A stretch of DNA of 64,000 nt from an uncultured Actinomycetes bacterium. Lineage in GTDB: Bacteria; Actinomycetota; Actinomycetes; Streptosporangiales; Streptosporangiaceae. Positions 1 to 8,239 of this stretch are shown one piece after another. Where the stretch lies: assembly GCA_963782185.1 (NCBI GenBank), contig CAWAJB010000024.1:48433-112432 (forward strand), in the 5' to 3' direction. Each line of letters starts with the position of its first letter. Within the stretch, counting starts at the first letter, position 1. The translations under genes and the position numbers were made by a program. Below the pieces are notes generated by a model that was given only the letters and a program-made list of their open reading frames with translations, was not told where the DNA came from and ran no database searches.

Positions 1-832
1 CAGCGCCGACGAGTTCGCCGCGATCCGGGCGGTGGGATTCGAGCCGGTCGGCCAGGTGCTCGGGGCGGCCGTCTACAACATCGGCTTCTCGGGCGGCTAC
101 AACTGCCCGGGAGCGTGGTCAGGATTCGGCTCGTACGCGCAGGCCTACCGCAGCGTGACCCAGGTATCCGGGCGGGGTGGCTACGGCTCCTTCGGCCCGC
201 TCACCCAGGCCATGTACGACGCGCGGCACCTGGCCATCAGCCGGATGGTCACCGAGTGCGCCGAGCTGGGGGGTCACGGCATCGTCGGGGTGTCCCTGAC
301 CATCGGGTCCTTCCCGGCCGGCGGGCTGGAGTTCAAGGCGATCGGCACCGCGGTCCGCGCGCCGGGATCACCGCCGCTGCCCACGCCGTTCAGCTCCGAC
401 CTGTCCGGGCAGGACTTCGCCAAGGTGATCTCGTCGGGCTGGGTGCCGGCCGGGCTGGCCCTGGGTATCTCCGTGGGCGCGAGGCACGACGACTGGCTGA
501 CCGTGGGACAGACCCGCTGGGGAGCGGGCAACGCCGAGGTGGTCGGCTACACCGAGCTGGTGAACGACACCCGGCACGACGCCCGGCAGCAGCTGGAGAA
601 GGACGTGCGCGGGCTCGGCGGGGAAGGAGTCGTGGTCCAGCGGATGGACATGCGCGTTCACGAGCGCGAGTGCCCGATCCAGGAGCACGGCAAAGATCAC
701 ATCGTGGAGGCGACGATCGTGGGGACCGCCATGGTCCGCTTCGCCTCGGTGGCCAAGCCGCCACCACCGCTGGCTATCCTGTCGCTCGACCCGCAGCGCC
801 GCCAGGCGGCCCGGGTACGGCTGGGACCCTGA
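1..832 (+). CDS. YbjQ/UPF0145 (DUF74, putative heavy-metal-binding) family protein with two tandem YbjQ-like domains; 5' end cut by the window edge
   Basis: The frame is open from nt 2 (SADEFAAIRAVGFEPVGQVLG), which parallels SVNEFLLVREAGFRPLGLVLG in the next gene. The pattern xxEF..(G/A)(F/Y/W)xPxGxxLG ... AMYDAR..A..RM..E...LG..GIVGV ... A(I/V)GTA occurs twice in the protein. Confidence 0.65.
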   Translation, partial: SADEFAAIRAVGFEPVGQVLGAAVYNIGFSGGYNCPGAWSGFGSYAQAYRSVTQVSGRGGYGSFGPLTQAMYDARHLAISRMVTECAELGGHGIVGVSLTIGSFPAGGLEFKAIGTAVRAPGSPPLPTPFSSDLSGQDFAKVISSGWVPAGLALGISVGARHDDWLTVGQTRWGAGNAEVVGYTELVNDTRHDARQQLEKDVRGLGGEGVVVQRMDMRVHERECPIQEHGKDHIVEATIVGTAMVRFASVAKPPPPLAILSLDPQRRQAARVRLGP

Positions 833-881
833 CGGGCAGTTTTCGGCTGGACTGGCAGTACGAGCAGGGTGAGGGGAAGCG

Positions 882-1751
882 ATGACCGACCGGCAGAGCG
901 CCGAGCTGAGCGATAAGCAGAGCACCGAACTGAGGGCCGAGGGAGTCCCGCAGGATGCCCTGCGCCGCCTGGCCGAGCTCCGCCCGGGACGCCCCGGCGG
1001 CATCTTCACCTCAGACCTGTCAGTCAACGAATTCCTGCTGGTCCGCGAGGCGGGGTTCCGCCCGCTCGGCCTGGTGCTGGGCAGCTCGATCTACCATGTG
1101 GGGCTGCAGGTCGGCCGCTGGGGGAAGAACCAGGAACTCGACGTGCTCTCCCAGGCCATGTACCACGCCCGGGAGCTGGCCATGACCCGGATGGAGGCGG
1201 AGGCGGACGCCCTGGGCGCGGACGGCATCGTCGGGGTCCGGCTGGACGTGGAGATGAAGGAGTTCGGTAACGACATCGCCGAGTTCATCGCGGTCGGCAC
1301 CGCGGTCAAGGCTGAGCCGGGCGCGGGCGGCGGTGGTGTCTCGGACTGGCGCAACAACAAGCGGCAGCCCTTCACCTCGGACCTGTCCGGCCAGGACTTC
1401 TGGACCCTGATCCGGGCCGGGTACGCGCCGCTCGGCATGGTCATGGGCTCGTGCGTGTACCACATCGCGCACCAGCGGATCGGCGGGAAGATCAGCAACA
1501 TCGGCCGGAACGTGGAACTCGAGCAGTTCACCCAGGCCCTCTACGACGCACGTGAGCTGGCCATGAGCCGGATGCAGGCCGAAGCGGAGGAACTCCACGC
1601 CGAGGGCATCGTCGGGGTGCAGCTGCGCCAGCACAGCCACACCTGGGGCTCGCACACCACGGAGTTCTTCGCCATCGGCACCGCCGTCCGGCCGCTGCGC
1701 GAGGACCACGTCATCGAGCGGCCCACCATGGTCCTCAGCCTCGACGGCTGA
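882..1751 (+). CDS. YbjQ/UPF0145 (DUF74) family protein with two tandem YbjQ-like domains; paralogue of the upstream gene
   Basis: Two internal repeats: FTSDLSVNEFLLVREAGFRPLGLVLGSSIYH...AMYHARELAMTRMEAEADALGADGIVGV...AVGTAV and FTSDLSGQDFWTLIRAGYAPLGMVMGSCVYH...ALYDARELAMSRMQAEAEELHAEGIVGV...AIGTAV. A GGGGAAG stretch lies just upstream of the ATG. Confidence 0.75.
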   Translation: MTDRQSAELSDKQSTELRAEGVPQDALRRLAELRPGRPGGIFTSDLSVNEFLLVREAGFRPLGLVLGSSIYHVGLQVGRWGKNQELDVLSQAMYHARELAMTRMEAEADALGADGIVGVRLDVEMKEFGNDIAEFIAVGTAVKAEPGAGGGGVSDWRNNKRQPFTSDLSGQDFWTLIRAGYAPLGMVMGSCVYHIAHQRIGGKISNIGRNVELEQFTQALYDARELAMSRMQAEAEELHAEGIVGVQLRQHSHTWGSHTTEFFAIGTAVRPLREDHVIERPTMVLSLDG

Positions 1752-1764
1752 CCCTCCGGTCCGG

Positions 1765-2622
1765 TCAGGGGCGGAAGGCCGCAGCGGCCTGCGCGCGGCC
1801 GGTCGCGGCCTGCTCGAGGAAGCCGTAGGTGCCCTGCTCGAGCAGCTCACGGGCCGCGCACACCAGGGCGCCGAGGGCGGCGTTGGAGAACGCCGACCCG
1901 ACCGAGATGCGCCGCACGCCGGCGGCCGCCAGTTGCGGCACGGCCGGGGCCCCCGGGAAGGTGAGCACGTTCACCGGCCGGTCCACCGAGGTGACCACCG
2001 CGGCGATGTCAGCCAGGCTGGTCAGCCCGGGCGCGTACAGGACGTCCGCGCCGGCCTCCTGGTAGGCCTGCAGGCGCCGGATGGTGTCGGCCAGGTCCGG
2101 CCGGCCGTGCAGGTAGTTCTCGGCGCGGGCGGTGAGGACCAGCGGCCCCGGGGCCGCCCCGGCGGCGGCCGCGGCCGCGGCCACCCGCTCACGGGCCAGG
2201 CCCAGATCGTAGATGGGCTCGCCGGGGCGGCGGGTGAAGTCCTCGACGGAGCAGCCGGCCAGCCCGGCCGCGGCGGCGAGCCCGATGGTCTCGGCCACCC
2301 CGGCCGGCTCGTCGGCGAAACCGTTCTCCAGGTCCGCCGAGACCGGGAGGCTGGTCGCCGCGGCGATCTCCGCCGCGTGGCCGAGCGCCTCGTCCCGGGT
2401 GACCGCCCCGTCCAGGCGGCCCAGCGTGGCGGCGAAGCCGCCGCTGGTGGTGGCCAGCGCGGCGAAACCCAGCGAAGCGAGCAGCCGGGCCGAGCCGGCA
2501 TCCCACGGGTTGGGCAGCAGCAGCGGGCCGGGGCCCTCGTGGAGGGCGCGGAAGACGCGCGCGCGTTCGGCCTGGGTCCGGGCTGCACTGGTCTGATCGG
2601 CACGGGCCGCCGGCATCGTCAT
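1765..2622 (-). CDS. isocitrate lyase / PEP mutase superfamily protein (2-methylisocitrate lyase-like)
   Basis: FRALHEGPGPLLLPNPWDAGSARLLASLGFAALATTSGG and LPVSADLENGF are typical of the ICL/PEP-mutase TIM-barrel family. 285 aa. Confidence 0.8.
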   Translation of the reverse strand: MTMPAARADQTSAARTQAERARVFRALHEGPGPLLLPNPWDAGSARLLASLGFAALATTSGGFAATLGRLDGAVTRDEALGHAAEIAAATSLPVSADLENGFADEPAGVAETIGLAAAAGLAGCSVEDFTRRPGEPIYDLGLARERVAAAAAAAGAAPGPLVLTARAENYLHGRPDLADTIRRLQAYQEAGADVLYAPGLTSLADIAAVVTSVDRPVNVLTFPGAPAVPQLAAAGVRRISVGSAFSNAALGALVCAARELLEQGTYGFLEQAATGRAQAAAAFRP

Positions 2623-2662
2623 GCCGTCACTCTAGAGGGCGCCGCGCAGGCGGCCGGCTGAT

Positions 2663-3919
2663 TCAGGCGGCGCTGCCCGGATGCTGGCGGGCCGGGGGCG
2701 CCGCAGTCAGCAGCCCGGCCAGGGCCGCCGCCTGGTCCCGGATCTCCGGGATCGCGGTCGTCTCGTAGCGGACCCCGCGCAGCGGCGGCCCCAGGGTGAA
2801 CAGGGTGGTGCTGGGCGTGCCGGCCGCGTCGAGCACCGCGCCGTCCGGGCCGGCGTCCAGGCCGAGCCGGAGCGGGTCGGGCCGGGCCAGCCCCCGGGCC
2901 AGCAGGTCCCGCAGCAGGGGGTCCGTGGTCCGGGTGAGGTCCGTGCCCGGCCCGGTCGCGTTGATCAGCCAGCCCGCGGCCAGGTCGGTAACGGACCCGT
3001 CGTGCTCCATCCGGATGCGCAGCCGCTCTGGCGCACGGACCGGACCGGGCGGGCCCCCGGCCGGGCCCGCGGCGGGCGGGGACGCCGGGACGCCGGGGAC
3101 CTCGGTGATCCCGGTGATCCGGCCGCGCAGCACGGACAGCCGCCCGGTACAGCGCAGCTCAGTCACCCGGCGCGCGGTCGCGGGCGGCATCCGGTGCCGG
3201 TGCACCTCCCAGTAGCGGGCCACGTGCCGGAGGAACAGCCGCTTGTCCCGGTCCGGCAGCCGCCGCCACAGGCCCGGCACATGCGGCCGCACCGCGTCGA
3301 CCACGTCCTGCCAGTGGTTGGGCCGGCTGGCCATGGCCGCCCGGACCTGCCAGATGAGTTCCGGCAGCCGGACCGGGTCACCGGTGTCCGACAGGGCGGG
3401 CAGCCAGATGGAATCGGCCGGGCCGCCGCGGCCCCGCGGTGACCCGCGGCCCATGATCGACCGGCCATCGCCGGTCGTGGGCAGGAACCAGTGGAACGTC
3501 AGCGCCATCAAGCCCCCCCCGACGGTGTCGTTGAAGCCGGAGTAGGAGAAGTTCTTGAAGTCCACATGGCCGGGGATGAGCCCTGAGGTGCTGAACGCGT
3601 TGGACACTGACTGCTCGGCGCTGGCCACGGCCGGGGTGATCTGGACCGGGGTCCGCACGTCGTCCCGGGCGGCGCTGAGCATGACGGCGTCCGGCAGCCC
3701 GGTGGCCTTGGCCCAGACCGAGGCCCACACCGCCACGTGCGAGGCGCCCCACACGTAGGCATGGTTCAGCAGCTTCAGGCCGGGAGAGACCACGCTCAGA
3801 CGGGGCGCGGTGGCCCGGCCGCCCTGGCCCGCTGCGGTGCTCACCTCCGTCCCGGGAACGCCGGGGGCGCCCCGCCCGGTGGGGAGCAGGCCGGTGGGTG
3901 TGTTTCCAGGCATAGACAA
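2663..3919 (-). pseudogene. probably chimeric or decayed ORF. The C-terminal ~250 aa resemble the C-terminal part of an FAD/NAD(P)-binding (NAD_binding_9-type) oxidoreductase, and no N-terminal Rossmann GxGxxG is present
   Basis: The C-terminal half has WRRLPDRDKRLFLRHVARYWEVHRHRMPP ... WLINATGPG ... RYETTAIPEIRDQAAALA, as in that family. An internal MALTFHWFLPTTGDGRS (ATG at 3508) looks like the extreme N-terminus of an LLM-class flavin monooxygenase. The first ~137 codons match nothing I recognise. A C8 homopolymer (3513-3520) sits immediately 5' of the internal ATG. Confidence 0.45.
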
Positions 3920-4231
3920 ACCTCGCTCGTGACGGCAGGATTGCCGCCGGCCGCATGCCGGGGCGGCTGGGCCCGCAGGCGGCCGGCTGATCCGGACGGG
4001 TCAGGCCTGCTCAGCGGCGAGCAGGGCCCCGGTCCGCCTGGGCCGGCCCGGGGTGCCTGCGGCGGTCGGTCGGGCAGCTCGGGACCAGTAGTGGGTTGCA
4101 GCCATGACCCCATGATGGAAGCCAAATCCCTATAATGTCAATAGGGAAAATCGAGATACCGGGAAACCCTTCCGGGGATGGTGTTCCGGGGGGGCCCGCA
4201 CGCGGGAGGCAACAGGGCGGGGGGCGGGGGG

Positions 4232-4825
4232 TCAGGCGCCGGGCTGGCCAGGGGCGGGGCCGCTCACGGTCTCGAGCACCCGGCTGAGCCACTGCCGCAG
4301 CCCGCGCCGCCCCAGTCCCGGCGGGTCCCCGGCCGCCGAGCTGACCAGATGCTGGGCGCCGTCGAAAGAGACCGGGGCGATCCCGGGCGCGACCGTGAGC
4401 ACCTCGTGGGCCAGCTGCTCCAGCTCCGGGTCGCCCTGGTCGAGGGCGAGCACCGTGGCGCGTTTGCGGGCATCGCTGACCCGCTCGAGCAGCCGGGCGG
4501 GAGCGATCTGGGTACCGACGACCAGCACCGTCTCGCCGCGCTCGGCCCGTTCCAGGCGGCCCATGCCGATCCGCAGGTGCGGCGGGGCGTCAAGCGGGGG
4601 CGCCCAGCGGACCAGGGTGGGGCGCAGCCCGGGCGCGCCGGACAGGCGGCTCTCCTCGTCGAGGTGCGCGGCGAGGTGCCACGGCTCATCCCCGGGGGTC
4701 CCGACCACTAGTAACCCGCCGGGGGTCCGGGACCGGCGCAGCACGCGGGCGAAGGCGGTGGTGCGCTCCAGCCAGCCGCTCGCGGCGAGCACGGCGCGCA
4801 GCGCAGCCACCTGTTCCGCGTCCAT
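4232..4825 (-). CDS. hypothetical protein (no recognisable motif)
   Basis: 197-aa ORF with protein-like composition (MDAEQVAALRAVLAASGWLERTTAF...). It is divergent from the npdG-like gene. No family assigned. Confidence 0.5.
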   Translation of the reverse strand: MDAEQVAALRAVLAASGWLERTTAFARVLRRSRTPGGLLVVGTPGDEPWHLAAHLDEESRLSGAPGLRPTLVRWAPPLDAPPHLRIGMGRLERAERGETVLVVGTQIAPARLLERVSDARKRATVLALDQGDPELEQLAHEVLTVAPGIAPVSFDGAQHLVSSAAGDPPGLGRRGLRQWLSRVLETVSGPAPGQPGA

Positions 4826-4870
4826 CGGCCCATCGTGTCACGCGTATCAGGGGTCTGGCAGGATCGGAAC

Positions 4871-5554
4871 ATGGCCGCGGAGCAAGGATCTACCACTATG
4901 GGCAAAGATGTCGCCGACCTGATCGTGGGGGTCCTGGGCGGAACCGGCGATCAGGGGCGGGGCCTCGCGTACCGGCTCGCCGCCGCGGGCAACCCGGTGA
5001 TCATCGGCTCGCGGAGCGCGGAGCGCGCCCAGGCCGCCGCGGCGGAACTGGGCGCCGGGGTCCGCGGGATGGTGAACGCCGACGCGGCGCGGGAGTCGGA
5101 CGTGGTGATCGTGGCGGTGCCCTGGGAAGGTCACCGGGATCTGCTAGCCTCCCTGGCCGGCCCGCTGGCCGGCAAGGTGGTGATCGACTGCGTCAACCCG
5201 CTGGGGTTCGATAAGCGCGGGTGTTACCCACTCCCGGTCCCGGCGGGGAGCGCCGCCGAGCAGGCCGCGGAGGTGCTTCCGGACAGCCGCGTGGTGGGAG
5301 CGTTCCACCACGTGTCCGCGGTGATGCTGCTGGACCCCGAGGTCACGACCGTCGACCTCGATGTCATGGTGCTCGGGGAGGACCGCGAGGCCACCGACCT
5401 CGTGCAGGCGCTCGCCGGGCGCATCCCCGGGATCCGCGGCGTGTACGCGGGGCGGCTGCGCAACTGCGGGCAGGTGGAGGCGCTGACCGCCAACTTCGTC
5501 TCGATCAACCGCCGCTACAAGGCCCACGCCGGGCTGCGCATCACCGACATCTGA
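4871..5554 (+). CDS. npdG: NADPH-dependent F420 reductase (F420H2:NADP+ oxidoreductase)
   Basis: VLGGTGDQGRGLAYRLAAAGNPVIIGSRSAERA is a Rossmann motif. Length and the C-terminal NFVSINRRYKAHAGLRITDI fit NpdG. The start is ambiguous: ATG at 4871 or 4898, and the track ORF begins at 4835. Confidence 0.8.
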   Translation: MAAEQGSTTMGKDVADLIVGVLGGTGDQGRGLAYRLAAAGNPVIIGSRSAERAQAAAAELGAGVRGMVNADAARESDVVIVAVPWEGHRDLLASLAGPLAGKVVIDCVNPLGFDKRGCYPLPVPAGSAAEQAAEVLPDSRVVGAFHHVSAVMLLDPEVTTVDLDVMVLGEDREATDLVQALAGRIPGIRGVYAGRLRNCGQVEALTANFVSINRRYKAHAGLRITDI

Positions 5555-6089
5555 CCCCATCCGGCCCGGCCGCAGCCTGGTCCCGCCGCCCGCCCTGTCT
5601 TTCGCCCTCCAGGCTGACCGCGCCGGGCGCGTTTCCCGCCGGGGGGCGTTATGGCGGTTGTTTTGTCCGATTGCGGCGAACGTTACGCTCCGCGCGAAAT
5701 GTGCCCGGAGGCAGGGTGCGGGTGACCGGCGGGCCGGGGCAGGACGGTCTCGTCTGCGGTGAAGGGTGCTACGCGTCCGCGAAGCGTCAATTCGGCCTTG
5801 ACGATTCTACGCGCTCACACCACCAAAGGAGCAGGCGTGAGCCTAGCGGAGTAGTCCCATGAGCTTGAGTTCTCGCAGCATGTCCTTCATGAAGGCTTTC
5901 TCTTCCTCCGAAGGGGTAGCCGGGAGTTCTCTGGTTCCGTTCTTCGTGCAGTCAGGACAACGCCGCCAGTACTCAAGCGTCGTCCCCGCGGCCCGGTCAA
6001 GGGCCCGGTGAACTTCCGCGACTTCTCCAGTTCACCACACGGGCCGGCAGTGTGCTCGCCGCGGCCGAGGACCTGGCCCGGGTGGAGGC

Positions 6090-6782
6090 TCAGGTGCCTA
6101 GGACCTGGATCGCGGACCGGAGCCGGGCGAAGACCGGCATGTACGGCACCTGCTTCTGGGTGGCCAGCGTGACGTAACAGGTCCGGCCGGCCGGCGCCGC
6201 GATGGCGTACTGCAGCGCGGTGACGTTGGCCGTGCCCACGCTCATCTGGTTGTAGACCAGCACCGCGGGGTGCCCGTCCACGGTGGTCTGGCCGAGCTGG
6301 GCGTTGCTGGAGTTGACGGCCGTGAGCTCGAGCTCGGCCAGCGTGTTCAGGCCGGTCAGCGCGTTGGTGCCCGCCGGGAGATGAGCCGCCGCGCAACTGA
6401 ACGACAGGAGCGCCTGGGCGCCCTCGACGGTCAGTGTCTGCGAGCCGCGGCTGCCCCAGCCCGGCACGACCGCGTCCAGCACCGACGGTCTGAGCTGGCC
6501 GAGGCCGACGCCATGCAGCACCCTGCGCAGGGCCGCTGCCGCCGCGGGCACCGGGACCCAGCGCTGCGAAACCGCTATCCGCAGGCCCTGGGCCGGGCCC
6601 CCGAACCACAATTCCCCGGCGGGCAGGGACGCGGACGTGGCGACCGGTTTGCTGGCCGCGGCGTACATGGCCTGCTCCGCCTGGGCGGACCGGCTGCCTC
6701 CGCTTCCCGAGCAGCCGGTGATGGCCAGGACGAGGCCGGCGGCGAGCGCCGCTACCGGGAGCAGGGCCGGTACACGGCTCAT
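6090..6782 (-). CDS. secreted lipoprotein, unknown function
   Basis: The internal start MSRVPALLPVAALAAGLVLAITGCSGSGG is a signal peptide plus lipobox (I-T-G-C). The annotated start at 6782 is preferred over the track ORF start at 6890. Confidence 0.6.
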   Translation of the reverse strand: MSRVPALLPVAALAAGLVLAITGCSGSGGSRSAQAEQAMYAAASKPVATSASLPAGELWFGGPAQGLRIAVSQRWVPVPAAAAALRRVLHGVGLGQLRPSVLDAVVPGWGSRGSQTLTVEGAQALLSFSCAAAHLPAGTNALTGLNTLAELELTAVNSSNAQLGQTTVDGHPAVLVYNQMSVGTANVTALQYAIAAPAGRTCYVTLATQKQVPYMPVFARLRSAIQVLGT

Positions 6783-6942
6783 CAGTGACCCTCCGGGGGG
6801 ACCGCGCAGACCCCCCGGGGATTTCCGCGCACCAAACTGGCGCCAGAAGTCTAAGCCGACGGAAAGGACATATATGCCCGAATGGGTCATTCCGGGCCCG
6901 GCGGCCTGGGCCGTTCGGGGCCTCCGCGGGCGGGCGGGCTGA

Positions 6943-7920
6943 TCAGCGATAGGAGTTCTCCTCGGCGGGGAACCGGCCGCCGACCACCTCGTCCGCGAAC
7001 GACTGCGCGGCCCGGCCGAGCACGCCGGCCATGTCTGCGTAGCGCTTGACGAACTTCGGGGTCCGCGGGGACAGGCCGGCCATGTCCTGCCACACGAGCA
7101 CCTGCGCGTCGCAGTCCGGGCCGGCGCCGATCCCGATGGTGGGGATGGAGACCGTCTCGGTCACCCGGGCCGCGAGTTCCGCGGGCACGCACTCGAGCAC
7201 GACTGCGAACGCACCCGCCGTCTCCAGCGCCTTCGCGTCCTGGAGCAACTGCTCACCGTCCTCGCCCCGGCCCTGCACCCGGTAACCACCGAACACGTTG
7301 ACCGACTGGGGGGTCAGGCCCAGGTGCCCCATCACCGGGATGCCGGCCGCGACCAGTTCCTCGGCCTGACGGACCACCCGGCGGCCGCCCTCCAGCTTGA
7401 CCGCGTGCGCGCCGGCCTCCTTGAGGAACCTGATCCCGGCTGCGAGTGCCGCCCCGGGCGACGCCTGGTACGAGCCGAACGGCAGGTCGGCGACGACGAG
7501 GGCCCGGCTGGTGCCGCGGACCACCGCCGCGGTCAGCGGGATGAGCTCGTCCAGGGTGACCGGGATCGTCGTGTCGTGACCGAAGACGACCATCCCGGCG
7601 GAGTCACCGACCAGGAGGACCGGGATGCCCGCCTGGTCGAACACGCGGGCCGTCAGCGCGTCGTAGGCGGTGAGCATGGGCCATTTCTCACCCCGGGCCT
7701 TGGCCTTGGCCAGGTCGCTCACGGTCACCCGGCGGGTGGCGCGGCCGCCGTAGAGGGGCTCGCCGCGGCCCGGGCCGGCCGGTGCCGGGCCGGGCGGTGC
7801 CGTGCCGGGCGGGGGAGAGGTGGCCGGGCTGGTGGCTGCCGCGCGGGGGGCGGCGGGGGCTGGCGCACTGGTCCGCGTCTCGGTAGCGGCCGTGCCCTGG
7901 CTCCCAGTGAAATCATTCAT
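6943..7920 (-). CDS. panB: 3-methyl-2-oxobutanoate hydroxymethyltransferase with a P/A-rich N-terminal extension
   Basis: [51 protein letters not shown]...ADLPFGSYQ...HAVKLEGG is the classic PanB core. Confidence 0.9.
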   Translation of the reverse strand: MNDFTGSQGTAATETRTSAPAPAAPRAAATSPATSPPPGTAPPGPAPAGPGRGEPLYGGRATRRVTVSDLAKAKARGEKWPMLTAYDALTARVFDQAGIPVLLVGDSAGMVVFGHDTTIPVTLDELIPLTAAVVRGTSRALVVADLPFGSYQASPGAALAAGIRFLKEAGAHAVKLEGGRRVVRQAEELVAAGIPVMGHLGLTPQSVNVFGGYRVQGRGEDGEQLLQDAKALETAGAFAVVLECVPAELAARVTETVSIPTIGIGAGPDCDAQVLVWQDMAGLSPRTPKFVKRYADMAGVLGRAAQSFADEVVGGRFPAEENSYR

Positions 7921-8096
7921 TCTGGGTTCCTCCAGTCTCGTGGCGCCGTGGCGGCGTCCCCGGACCGTTCGATCATGACACGTGCGGTGGCGCTGGAGAT
8001 AGCCCCGGTGACCGCGGTGTTCGTTTCAGGGTCCATGGGCCCTTCGAGCCGGGCCCATGGACCCGGAGAAATCTTCCGGGCGCCGGGAATCTTTTA

Positions 8097-8119
8097 CGAT
8101 ACGGACGTGTTCCGTATCG
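8097..8119. promoter_or_regulatory. candidate operator: perfect 9-bp inverted repeat CGATACGGA-cgtgt-TCCGTATCG upstream of the MFS-TetR operon
   Basis: Read directly in the panB / MFS divergent intergenic region, about 120 nt upstream of the MFS ATG (8240). It sits in a locally AT-richer stretch, and TACGAT (8094-8099) fits a TANNNT -10 element. Confidence 0.35.
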
Positions 8120-8239
8120 ATAGCTTCCCCGGCGCGATGCCGCGCCGGGACCCTCCCCGGCGGGGCCGCCTGCCGGGCCGCACGCAACCTGGGTCAGGCC
8201 GCCATCCGCGACGGCCTTCCCGCTCACCAGAAGGACGTT

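Noticed and set aside
5826-5854. Textbook Shine-Dalgarno (AAGGAG, 5826-5831) followed 5 nt later by a GTG that opens a 5-codon mini-ORF (GTG AGC CTA GCG GAG TAG).
   Set aside because: It is too short to call as a gene, and no downstream + strand gene exists for which it could act as a leader peptide. It may be the decapitated start of a lost gene, and it overlaps the remnant frame on the other strand.
6790-6820. Hairpin (ccgggggg-n10-ccccccgg) overlapping the ribosome-binding region of the lipoprotein gene, considered as a possible translational control element.
   Set aside because: G/C homopolymer stems of this size arise easily by chance at this GC content, and there is no supporting conservation information.
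8057-8239. Upstream extension of the MFS transporter ORF (track start 8057). Analogous 5' extensions exist for the lipoprotein (6890), glnA2 (14947), AraC (24555), HAD (37334), ndh (42297) and hisS (54434) ORFs.
   Set aside because: The extensions are basic low-complexity sequence without homology-like features. Internal ATG codons coincide with where the family-typical N-termini begin.
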